From Planctomycetota bacterium (GTDB taxonomy: Bacteria; Planctomycetota; JAJSAM01; JAJVHW01), in assembly GCA_965248445.1 (NCBI GenBank), contig CBDFJG010000004.1:576001-640000 (forward strand): a stretch of DNA of 64,000 bases, written 5' to 3'. Under the pieces are notes generated by a model, which saw nothing but the letters and a program-made list of their open reading frames with translations, was not told the DNA's origin and ran no database searches. Positions 38,547-47,397 of the stretch are shown one piece after another (position 1 is the stretch's first letter; the number at the start of each line of letters is the position of its first letter). A program made the translations under genes and the position numbers.

Positions 38547-39490
38547 GGCATGCGTCCTGACACGAGCCGGCGATCCGGATCGAACGCCGTTCGTAGCCGG
38601 GTGAACAGCGGATGCACGCCGCGCTCTGGCGCCGGCCCTTCTACGTGGGCGACGAACCTCCCGCGGAGGACATCGACGATCGAAAACGCAGCCGAAGGCA
38701 AGCGTGCGTCCGCGCCGCCCACGCGCGCAAGACCATCGCCCGGCAACGCTGCGGCTTCGCGCGTCCACTCCTCCCACGGGGGCGGGACGGCCGTCAGGCC
38801 ATGACGCCCCGCGCGCTGTTCCGCGGCGCGAACCGCGCCGGGCTTGCCCTCGAACAGCACGGCGACCCGGTGCTCACCGCGGTCACTCCGCACCGTGATC
38901 GCCGATGGTGCGTGTCCCGATCGCAGCGCGCGGCGCGCGCGCGTCACTGCCTCGCTCCGCGACTCGAACGCGGCTCCCACGGTTGCCGTTGCCTCCGGCC
39001 GTGCCTCGATACGGAACGTGACTTCGGCGAGCGCGGCCAGAGAGCCGCCCGCGCCCACGAATGCGCGCGCAACACCGAAACCAGCCACGCTCTTGACGAC
39101 GGCCGCGCCGACACGGACGACATCGCCGCCCGGCAGGACAGCAGTCGCAGCGAGGATGACGTCTCGCAGCCGGAATCCCATGCGGGCGCTGAGTCCGTCC
39201 GCGCCGGCGGCGAACGCGCCTCCGACTGTGCCGCGTCCCGAGTCGTAGGGCGCAAGCGGGAACCGACGACCGCGTTCGCGCAGCGCGTCGTCGAGTTCGA
39301 CGAGCGTCGTCCCGGCGCGCGCGGACGCCACGAGATCCGCCGGCCGCACCTCAAGCACGCCGGAGAGGCGATCGAGTGACAGGGTCTCCGCGCCGTCCAC
39401 CGGACGCGCGGTCGTGCCGCCACCGACGACGCGCACACGACCGCCGGGCCCGAGCGCTTCGACCGTCTCCGCGATACTGACGGGTCTCAC
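38543..39490 (-). CDS. glcE: Glycolate oxidase FAD-binding subunit-like protein
   Basis: GGGT, GTVGG, VVKSVAGF and AFDP. Lies between glcD and glcF with GTGA overlaps. Confidence 0.75.
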   Translation of the reverse strand: MRPVSIAETVEALGPGGRVRVVGGGTTARPVDGAETLSLDRLSGVLEVRPADLVASARAGTTLVELDDALRERGRRFPLAPYDSGRGTVGGAFAAGADGLSARMGFRLRDVILAATAVLPGGDVVRVGAAVVKSVAGFGVARAFVGAGGSLAALAEVTFRIEARPEATATVGAAFESRSEAVTRARRALRSGHAPSAITVRSDRGEHRVAVLFEGKPGAVRAAEQRAGRHGLTAVPPPWEEWTREAAALPGDGLARVGGADARLPSAAFSIVDVLRGRFVAHVEGPAPERGVHPLFTRLRTAFDPDRRLVSGRMP

Positions 39491-40926
39491 AGCCAACCGC
39501 CCGCGACGTTCGTCACGGCACCGCGCGACACTTCCCCGCACCGGCCTCCGGAGGGGAGCACCTTGCCGGGGTTCATGCGCTCGTCCGGGTCGAGCGCGTG
39601 TCGCAGCCGCGCGAACAGCGCGCGCGTCGGCAGGTCGAATTGACGTTCGAGCAGGCCGCGCTTCTCGAGGCCGATGCCGTGCTCTCCCGTGAGCGAGCCT
39701 CCGAGGTCGAGGCACGCCTGAAGCATGTCCCGGCCGGCGGCGTTCGCGCGGGCGAGTTCGTCGTCGTCGAGCGTTTGAAGCAGAACGAACGGATGCAGGT
39801 TCCCGTCACCGGCGTGCGCCACGATCGCGACATCCACGCCGTGTGCGCGGGCGGCTTCGTCTATCCGCGCCAGCGCCTCCGCCAGTCGCGACGGCGGAAC
39901 CACTCCGTCATGCGTCACGAATCCGCGCGCCAGGTGCCCGACGGCCGCGCCGGCCTGCTTGCGTGCCCGCCACATCCGCGCGCGCTCCGCGTCGTCTCCG
40001 GTCGCGCGCACGTTGCGCCCGCCGGCGGCACGGAGGGCTCCAACCACCGGTGGCACGAGCTCATCCAGTTGCTCCTCGGTGCCCTCGAGTTCGACGAGCA
40101 GCAGAGCCGCGACTGTGGCGTCGAACCCGAGCGGCTCGTGCGCCTCGACGGCGTCCAGCGCGCGACGATCGATCATCTCGACGGCCGCAGGCACCGCACC
40201 AGTGGCGATGACCGCCGCCACGGCCCGCGCGGCGTCGCCGGTTGCGTCGTACGTCGCCAGCAGGGTCCGCACGCCGGCGGCGCGCGCGACCAAGCGCACG
40301 GAGATCTCCGTCACGACGCCGAGGAGGCCCTCGCTGCCCACCAGCAGCGCATTGACGGAATCCGCGCCTACGCCCGCCCGTTGTGCACACTCGCCAGTCG
40401 CGTGAACGGCGCCGTCGGCGGTCACGATCACCAGCCCGGTGACGTGGTTCGCCGTGACTCCCAGCCGCAGCGTGTGCGGGCCTCCTGCGTTCGCGGCGAC
40501 GTTGCCGCCGACGGTGCACGCGGACTGGCTCGAGGGGTCGGGTGCGAAGCGTAGCCCGTGAGCCGCCGCCGCGCGGTCGAGGTCGGCGTTCACGACGCCA
40601 GGTTGTATGACCGCGCGGAGACGCTCCGCATCGATCGACACGATGCGGCTCATGCGGGCGGTGCCGACGAGCACGCCGCCGGAGGTGGCGAGTGCTCCGC
40701 CCGCCAGCCCCGTGCCGGCACCGCGCGGCACGACCGGCACGCCGTGCCGTGCCGCGACGCGCACGACTGCGGCGACTTCTGAAGTGCTGCTCGGCAGCAC
40801 GACGACATCCGGCCGCCCCGGATGCAGCGTCTGTCCGTCACATGCGTACGTGATCCGGTCGGCGGCGCGGTCGAGGACCGCATCGTGTGGCAGGACGTCG
40901 CGGAGATCTTTGACCAGGGCGTTCAC
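39487..40926 (-). CDS. glcD: Glycolate oxidase subunit-like FAD-linked oxidase
   Basis: PRGAGTGLAGG, APDPSSQSACTVGGN, GSEGLLG, HAGDGNLHP, GEHGIG and MNPGK. Confidence 0.85.
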   Translation of the reverse strand: MNALVKDLRDVLPHDAVLDRAADRITYACDGQTLHPGRPDVVVLPSSTSEVAAVVRVAARHGVPVVPRGAGTGLAGGALATSGGVLVGTARMSRIVSIDAERLRAVIQPGVVNADLDRAAAAHGLRFAPDPSSQSACTVGGNVAANAGGPHTLRLGVTANHVTGLVIVTADGAVHATGECAQRAGVGADSVNALLVGSEGLLGVVTEISVRLVARAAGVRTLLATYDATGDAARAVAAVIATGAVPAAVEMIDRRALDAVEAHEPLGFDATVAALLLVELEGTEEQLDELVPPVVGALRAAGGRNVRATGDDAERARMWRARKQAGAAVGHLARGFVTHDGVVPPSRLAEALARIDEAARAHGVDVAIVAHAGDGNLHPFVLLQTLDDDELARANAAGRDMLQACLDLGGSLTGEHGIGLEKRGLLERQFDLPTRALFARLRHALDPDERMNPGKVLPSGGRCGEVSRGAVTNVAGGWL

Positions 40927-40940
40927 GAACGCCGAGGTTC

Positions 40941-40980
40941 GCAGAGCCCGGGGTCGCAGAGCCCGCCCTAGCAGAGCCCG
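40941..40980. repeat. GCAGAGCCCG three times with a 15-nt period
   Basis: Copies start at 40941, 40956 and 40971. Confidence 0.8.
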
Positions 40981-40999
40981 GCGTAGCAACAGCGCGGGG

Positions 41000-41437
41000 T
41001 CAGAGGCCGTCCGTCGCCGCGCGGTCGAAGCCGGCCTTCACGCGCTCGTCGTTCAGGACCATCAGCCCCCACACGCCGAACGGGAAGGTGAGGCACCCGC
41101 ACTGCAGGTTCACGAGTGCCAGCACGCACGCGATCATGGCCAGCCCGCGCGACTGCAGATTCATCATCTTCAGAGCGCCGAACGCGATGGCACCGTTCAG
41201 GACGAGAAACACCCCGCCGAACAGGTACTTCATCGTTCCGGTCAACGTCGCAATGGCCTGGCGCTGATCCTCGGTCATCTCGCTGCCCGAGAGATCGGGG
41301 CTCCAGAAGATCCCGATGATCGCGGCGAGGACGCCCATGCAGGCCAGCGAGAGGAGGAAGATCGCGGGCAGCTTCACGCTCGCGGCGGCCGACCGTCCCG
41401 TGTCAAGCGTCTCGCTGATGAGTCCGTCGTCGCCCAT
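41000..41437 (-). CDS. Small integral membrane protein
   Basis: Three to four TM segments and a C-terminal PFGVWGLMVLNDERVKAGF motif. Confidence 0.7.
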   Translation of the reverse strand: MGDDGLISETLDTGRSAAASVKLPAIFLLSLACMGVLAAIIGIFWSPDLSGSEMTEDQRQAIATLTGTMKYLFGGVFLVLNGAIAFGALKMMNLQSRGLAMIACVLALVNLQCGCLTFPFGVWGLMVLNDERVKAGFDRAATDGL

Positions 41438-41607
41438 GCGCCACCCTCCAGGGCCCGCACGGTAGCCGCCGCCGCGGAACGGGAGGAGACTCTCTGCGGC
41501 GCCGGGTGGCCGGCCGTACAGAATGAACCGACGTTTCCCCGGTCGGTTGGGATCAAGGTCTGCGTCCAACCGGATAGAGGTACATCGGGGCTAGAGGAGG
41601 GTCGGGC

Positions 41608-44600
41608 ATGTCCGGTCGTAAGGTCGTTCCTATTGCGATTCTGGTGGTGTTGCTCCTGGTCGGGGGCCTCGTCGCCATGCTGATGCAGAGCCCGGGTGGC
41701 GTGGGCGACGGTGACGACTCCGACGCCCAGCCCGTCAATGTCACGAAGGACGATGACAAGGCCCGTCGGAAGAAGCAGCCCGCGGTCCCCAAGCGTCGCT
41801 GGCGTGAAGAGGGCTCCGGCCAGGTCATCGGCATCGTCAAGGAGTACGGCTCCGACAAGCCGCTGGCCAACGTCGACGTGTCGCTCGAGGCGGGATTGCC
41901 CGGCCCCGACACGGTCATCCGCACCACCACGAACTCGGACGGCTCGTTCGTCATCGACGATGCGTTGAACTTCGACGAGTGGCTCCTGCGCGTGACGCCC
42001 TCCGCCCCGATGGCGGAACGTCAGATGAACGGCATCGAGGTCATCGCCGACAAGGCGACGAACGTCGGCGTGATCTACGTGACGCCGACGTACGTCGTGC
42101 CCGGCATCGTCGTCGACGAGCAGGGTGACCCGATCCACGGCGCGACCGTGCGCGTCCTGCGACAGCGACCCGCGGGCGCCGGCATGGACTTCCTGCGTCT
42201 GATCCGAGAACTGCCGGCACCGCCTGCCGCCGCGGAGACCGCGCTCACCGACATCGAAGGCAAGTTCGAACTCCTCAAGATCCCGCCGGGCAACTACGAC
42301 ATCGAGGTCTCGGCGGAGCAGTACACGCAGCGCACCGAGCGCGGAATCCCGATCTCTCCGTCGTTGTCCGAGCGACCGCTCCGATTCGTGCTCGTTCGTG
42401 GATTCGAGCTGGAGGGCCGCGTTGTGCGCCCGAGCGGCGGCAACGTCGCGGGCCTGTCCGTGGTCGCGTTCAGCGAGCCGAACAACCAACTGGAGATGTT
42501 CCAGGTCGACCGGCGGTATGCCGTCACCGACGAGAGCGGAGGCTTCCGTCTGACCGGTCTCGCCGCGGGCGAGATGATCGTGGCCGTGACTCCCGAGGGC
42601 GAGCCGTTCACGGTGAAGGACGACGTCACGGTGCCCGGCACCGAGTTCATCGAGCTCGTGATCCAGGGCGATTCGTGGATCACGGGCAAGGTCACGAACG
42701 AGGACGACCAGCCCATCGAAGACGCCGAGATCTTCATCGCGATCTTCGACCAGGGCTCGCCGATCGTCGGCAACACGCGCACCGACGCTTCCGGGCAGTA
42801 CCGCATCGACGGCCTGCGCGCAGGCCCGCTACAGCTCTTCATGGTGCGCGCGGACGGCTATGGCAGCCACCCCGAGGACCCGGTCGCGATCATGCGCGGC
42901 AACGGCGGCGGGGAGAGCCTCAAGCACGGTGAGAACGTGCGCGACATCTCGCTCGGCAAGGGCGCCATCGTGCGTGGAACGGTCATCGACCAGAGCACCG
43001 ATCAACCCATCGAGGGCGCGACAGTGCGACTGGTGTCCGTGAGGTCGTTCTTCGGCGGCGAGCAGAGCGGCATCTCCGGCACGGACGGGACGTTCGAGAT
43101 CGTGAGCGTGCCCAAGGGCCAGGCCATGATGTCGGTCAGCAAGGAAGGCTACTACCAGCCGGGCGTCAACCAGATGTCGATCGGGATGATGTTCCAGGGC
43201 GCGATGGGAGGGCAGTCCGCCCCGGAGGATCCCGGCAAGGGCGCGATGGTCTCGATCACCGAGGCAGGACAGATCATCGAGCGCGAGATCAAGATGGCCG
43301 CGGGGTCCGTCATCAAGGGCGTCGTGCAGACGCCGGACGGCGAGCCCGTGCCCGGTGCACGCATCACACTGGAGGCCGATCAGGGCCAGGGCATGATGCG
43401 GATGCTCTCGTCCGTCATGTCGCAGATGGACCCGCGGCTCAGCCAGGACGGTGGCCGCTTCCAGATCCCTGGTCCGTCCCCGGGCAGCCAGGCGCGTGTC
43501 GTCGCGAAGGCGCAGGGATGGCTCGATGGCCGCACGGATCCGATCAGCCTAGGGCCGGGTGAAGTCATGGAGGACCTGGTTGTCACGCTCCGCCGCGGCG
43601 CCGTCATCGAGGGTGTCGTCAAGGGCGGCGACGGCCGGCCGCTGACCGGCGCCTTCGTGCGCTGGGCGGTGAGTGAGGAGGGTGCGAACGAGTGGATCAA
43701 GCGCCGAGAACTTCGGCAGGCGACGCCGTCCGTGACCGGCGAGGACGGACGCTTCCATCTCGAAAACGTGGAGCCCGGCAAGGTCATCGTGCAGGCGGAC
43801 CACGCCGAGCACACGGCGACGACCGAGGCGAGCATCGAGGTGTCGGAGTCCAAAGCCACCTCGCTCGACTTCAAGCTTGCGGCGGGTGGTGTGTTGACCG
43901 GAACCGCGATGGGACCGGACGGCCGGCCGCACTCGGGCACGCGCATCGACGTGACGTACCGCGGCGAGGGGAACCCGTACCGGTACGCGCGCGCCCCCGA
44001 CGACATCGTGGTCGGTGAGGACGGATCGTTCGAGATCAAGGGACTCGCCCCCGGACCGTATGACCTCATCGCGCAAGGCGAGGGCGTCGCGCCGTCCCCG
44101 ACCGTTCGCGTCGACACCGGGACCGCAACTCCCGTGGCGCTGAAGCTCGAGCCGGCGTTCGTCATCGCAGGAACGGTCCGATTCGAGGAGGGCGGCATCG
44201 CCTCGAGCGTGCAGGTGCAGCTGTTCCGGATCAACGAGGACGCTGAGCAGAGCGTGGGCAACGCTCGCTCCGACACGAACGGCGACTTCACGTTCGAGAA
44301 CCAGCCCGCCGGGACGTACTCCGTCAGGACAGGCGGCTGGAGCTGGGGCGGCGAGACCACGCAGGTCCTGCCGACCCGTGTCGATGACGTGCAGGCTGGA
44401 CAGGAGAACGTGATGCTCACGGTGTCGCGCGGTCTCTCGATCGCCGGGACCGTGGTTGCGCCGGGAGGATCGGTACCCGAGATGGGGTGGGTGTCGGTCA
44501 ATCGCATCCGTCAGGAGGGGGAAGACGCGTCTGCCAACGTCAGCACCGGCGGTCAGATGGTGGAGGGGCGCTTCGAGATCGGCGGACTCAGCCCCGGCTC

Positions 44601-44955
44601 GTACACCGTCAACATCAACATCGGCTCGCAGAGCCGTTCTGTGCGGGCGGACGCCGGCACCAACGATCTCCGGGTGGAGTTCGATGCCGGAGGCACCGTG
44701 CGGGGCCGCGTGACCCTGCCCGACGGCTCCCCGGCCGTCGGCGCGAACGTCAGTGCGACGGGAGCACGCGTCACGGCTGACTCCGACGGCAACTACGCGC
44801 TGAAGGGTGTCTCAGCGGGCGTGGTGACCGTGCAGGCGGGGCACTGGGTCGACGGCAAGGCGCACCAGGGCCGCGTCGAGAACGTCGAGGTGCGCGACCG
44901 GGACGAGGTCGCGGGGATCGACATCGCGTTGGAGTTGCAACAGACGAACCGCTGA
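41608..44955 (+). CDS. Membrane-anchored protein with tandem carboxypeptidase-regulatory-like (prealbumin-fold) domains
   Basis: N-terminal TM and repeated G.V.D..G.PI.GA.V...TD..G.F.L..L..G.Y units. GGAGG lies upstream. Confidence 0.85.
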   Translation: MSGRKVVPIAILVVLLLVGGLVAMLMQSPGGVGDGDDSDAQPVNVTKDDDKARRKKQPAVPKRRWREEGSGQVIGIVKEYGSDKPLANVDVSLEAGLPGPDTVIRTTTNSDGSFVIDDALNFDEWLLRVTPSAPMAERQMNGIEVIADKATNVGVIYVTPTYVVPGIVVDEQGDPIHGATVRVLRQRPAGAGMDFLRLIRELPAPPAAAETALTDIEGKFELLKIPPGNYDIEVSAEQYTQRTERGIPISPSLSERPLRFVLVRGFELEGRVVRPSGGNVAGLSVVAFSEPNNQLEMFQVDRRYAVTDESGGFRLTGLAAGEMIVAVTPEGEPFTVKDDVTVPGTEFIELVIQGDSWITGKVTNEDDQPIEDAEIFIAIFDQGSPIVGNTRTDASGQYRIDGLRAGPLQLFMVRADGYGSHPEDPVAIMRGNGGGESLKHGENVRDISLGKGAIVRGTVIDQSTDQPIEGATVRLVSVRSFFGGEQSGISGTDGTFEIVSVPKGQAMMSVSKEGYYQPGVNQMSIGMMFQGAMGGQSAPEDPGKGAMVSITEAGQIIEREIKMAAGSVIKGVVQTPDGEPVPGARITLEADQGQGMMRMLSSVMSQMDPRLSQDGGRFQIPGPSPGSQARVVAKAQGWLDGRTDPISLGPGEVMEDLVVTLRRGAVIEGVVKGGDGRPLTGAFVRWAVSEEGANEWIKRRELRQATPSVTGEDGRFHLENVEPGKVIVQADHAEHTATTEASIEVSESKATSLDFKLAAGGVLTGTAMGPDGRPHSGTRIDVTYRGEGNPYRYARAPDDIVVGEDGSFEIKGLAPGPYDLIAQGEGVAPSPTVRVDTGTATPVALKLEPAFVIAGTVRFEEGGIASSVQVQLFRINEDAEQSVGNARSDTNGDFTFENQPAGTYSVRTGGWSWGGETTQVLPTRVDDVQAGQENVMLTVSRGLSIAGTVVAPGGSVPEMGWVSVNRIRQEGEDASANVSTGGQMVEGRFEIGGLSPGSYTVNINIGSQSRSVRADAGTNDLRVEFDAGGTVRGRVTLPDGSPAVGANVSATGARVTADSDGNYALKGVSAGVVTVQAGHWVDGKAHQGRVENVEVRDRDEVAGIDIALELQQTNR

Positions 44956-44995
44956 ATCCGTGTTCGCATTGGGAGCCCGGCTCCCGGGAGCAGCC

Positions 44996-45301
44996 GTGGC
45001 CCGCAAGAAATCCGTCGTCGTCACCTTCCGCGTGGATGCGCACCTGGCCGAGGCCCTCGACCAGCTGCCCGATCGCTCCGCGTTCATCCGCGACGCGATC
45101 CTCGAGCGTCTCCACGACACCTGTCCGGCATGCGGTGGTGAGGGCCGGGTGCACTGCGACTCGGTCCCCTGGCTGCAGGAGTTGTTCGAGAAGGCCGGCG
45201 CCCGGTCTTGCACGTGCTGCGCGACCGTGTTCGTTCCGTCGCAGCCCGCCGCCGAGATCTGCACGCACTGCGACGAGGACGAGGGCGCGCACAAGCACTA
45301 G
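44996..45301 (+). CDS. Ribbon-helix-helix protein with Cys-rich zinc-binding tail
   Basis: VVTFRVDAHLAEAL...RSAFIRDAI, followed by CPACGGEG, CTCC and CTHC. Confidence 0.7.
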   Translation: MARKKSVVVTFRVDAHLAEALDQLPDRSAFIRDAILERLHDTCPACGGEGRVHCDSVPWLQELFEKAGARSCTCCATVFVPSQPAAEICTHCDEDEGAHKH

Positions 45302-45356
45302 CTGCGTCGCGTCGCGGGGGTCGGGGAGCGATCCTCGCGCCGCTCCTGGCTAGTTT

Positions 45357-45583
45357 TCTCCCTCCTGCGCGGTCTCCGACCGCTACGGAGGTGCTCCAGT
45401 CACGGCGCTCGCTCCGCAAGCCCCGGTGCCACTCCGCTGCGGCGTTCCGCCTCCGCTGCGCGTTCACTCCTGCCGAGCCGTCCACCGGACGCTTCGGCTG
45501 CCGCTGCGCGGCACCGTCGTTCACCCCTCGCGATTCGCGCAACCAGTGCGGGCTCGCTGTTGGGGCGGGGCGCTGCCCCGCGC
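45357..45583. repeat. Structured intergenic element, copy 2
   Basis: Homologous to 7131-7258 and ends in GTTG+GGGCGGGGC-GCT-GCCCCGCGC. Confidence 0.6.
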
Positions 45584-45633
45584 GCGCCCGTGCAACTCGG
45601 ATCGCCCGCCCGATGGGGCTCACGACAACCTTC

Positions 45634-47397
45634 CTACCGCAGCTCCGTTTCCAGCGCCGCTCGGCCGCCCTTCTCCGCCTCGTAGGCCACCCGCACCTTG
45701 CCGCTGCCCTTCACGATGAAGCGCACGGTCACCGTCGAGTCGCCGGAGATCCCGGAAGGCAGCCGCACGGTCGCGGGCCGGCGGGTTTCCGGGTTGCGCA
45801 GGCGCTTGGATCGCGCGTCGAGCACGCCGGACGCGATGACGTTCGCGCCCGACAACGTGACTCGATCCGGCCGCCCGATCTTCTTGTTCGCCGCCATCTG
45901 CGAGCGCGTCGGGATCATGCGGTCGTTCGCGAACGTCGCGTCGACGGCCATCAGTCCGTTCGGCAGCCTCGACGTCGCGATCGTGCCCGGCTTCACGAGC
46001 GGCATCTCGTCCGCGTGGAAGAGCACGAACGCCATGTTGCGGTGCACGCACTCCTGCAGCATGAACGGCGGCGGAACGCGCCCTGTCTCACGCCGCCACC
46101 CGCCGAGTTCGATCGCGCCGAGCTGCGGGTGGTTGAACGGCTTCCAGTCCACGTATCGCGCGCCGAGTTCGACCTCGTCATCGAAACGCAGGCGTTCAAT
46201 CCGTCCCTCGCGGCCGGACTTCGGCGCACGTCCCAGGTACCGGTCGCGCGTGAACAGCTCATTCGAGAACGAGTAGATCCCGAGTGTCTCGTACGCGAAG
46301 TTGATCTCGCCTCCGTACACCTGGTAGAGGTCCTTCCAGATGATCATCGAGCGGTAGAACGGCAGTTGCGCCTCGCCGCGCTCGGCCAGGGCGACCAGTA
46401 CGCGCTCGTCGCCGCCCGGGTATTTGCCTGCGCTCTTGCTGCCCGGTCCGCGCAGGATCATCCCGCCCGTGTTGTGCATGCTCTGGAAGCCTGCGATGTT
46501 CGGGTGCGCCACGACGAAGTCGACGATGGCCCGTGTCTCCGGCAGCGACGCGGGATACGGACCGGCGCCACGCTGCTCCGCGGGGCCGCGCCAGTCGGCG
46601 GGCCAGTCACGATTGGGGTCATAACCGCCGGGACCGTCCTCGTTGAACCGTCCGTCGCCGTCATCGTCGAGGCCCTCGCCGCCGATGATCCTCCAGGTGC
46701 CCTTCTCCCCGGGCTTCACCCGCACCATCAGGCGCGGCTCCTCCGGGTCTTCCTTCCATCCTCCCGACTCGTCGCGCACGCGCATCTGGAGCAGTTCACC
46801 ATCGCCGTCCAGGTCGTTCGGCGGATCCTCGTCGAAGCTGCCGTCGCGGTCGTTGTCGACGGGACGCTTGCCGCCGCGCGAGCTGTGCATGGTGTTCGGC
46901 GCGTCGAACCAGTGGGCGCGCCCGTCGGGGTTCACGCTCGGCAGCACGTAGAGAGTCCGCTCGCGAAGCAACTGTGCGACACGAGGCAGATCCTTGTTTT
47001 CAGTGATCCACCACAGGAGATAGAGGCACGCCTCACCCGCCTGAACTTCGTTGCCGTGGATGTTGCCGTCGCACCAGAACGCCGCCTTCTCCGTGTCGCG
47101 GCCGGTGCTCTTGTCGGTCAGCACCGCAAGCAGGAGGTCGCGTCCTTCGACGGACTTGCCCACGGTTCGCAGTTCGACGAGACCCGGGTGGGCTGCAGCG
47201 ATCTGGCGCATGGCGGCGTGCATCTCGTCGATCGGGTAGTACCGGTCGAACCGCAGCGGCACCTTCGGCTGCCAGCCTCTCGTGCCCGCGACGCGCGGCG
47301 GGGCGTCGATGGTCCAGGGCGGCACGTCGGGGCGGTCTTGCGCGCCGGCCGGAACAGCGAAGGCGACAGCCAGCAGGAGAGCGAGCGTGCGTCTCAC
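45634..47397 (-). CDS. Secreted M14 zinc carboxypeptidase with intact active-site motifs
   Basis: NIHGNE, NPDG, PNRDW, SMHN, SNEL and DxDGDG loops. Confidence 0.88.
   Translation of the reverse strand: MRRTLALLLAVAFAVPAGAQDRPDVPPWTIDAPPRVAGTRGWQPKVPLRFDRYYPIDEMHAAMRQIAAAHPGLVELRTVGKSVEGRDLLLAVLTDKSTGRDTEKAAFWCDGNIHGNEVQAGEACLYLLWWITENKDLPRVAQLLRERTLYVLPSVNPDGRAHWFDAPNTMHSSRGGKRPVDNDRDGSFDEDPPNDLDGDGELLQMRVRDESGGWKEDPEEPRLMVRVKPGEKGTWRIIGGEGLDDDGDGRFNEDGPGGYDPNRDWPADWRGPAEQRGAGPYPASLPETRAIVDFVVAHPNIAGFQSMHNTGGMILRGPGSKSAGKYPGGDERVLVALAERGEAQLPFYRSMIIWKDLYQVYGGEINFAYETLGIYSFSNELFTRDRYLGRAPKSGREGRIERLRFDDEVELGARYVDWKPFNHPQLGAIELGGWRRETGRVPPPFMLQECVHRNMAFVLFHADEMPLVKPGTIATSRLPNGLMAVDATFANDRMIPTRSQMAANKKIGRPDRVTLSGANVIASGVLDARSKRLRNPETRRPATVRLPSGISGDSTVTVRFIVKGSGKVRVAYEAEKGGRAALETELR

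Noticed and set aside
41526..41572. Two mutually exclusive 7-bp hairpins in a divergent intergenic region as a riboswitch
   Set aside because: Short stems are expected at this GC content, and there is no recognisable aptamer or terminator.
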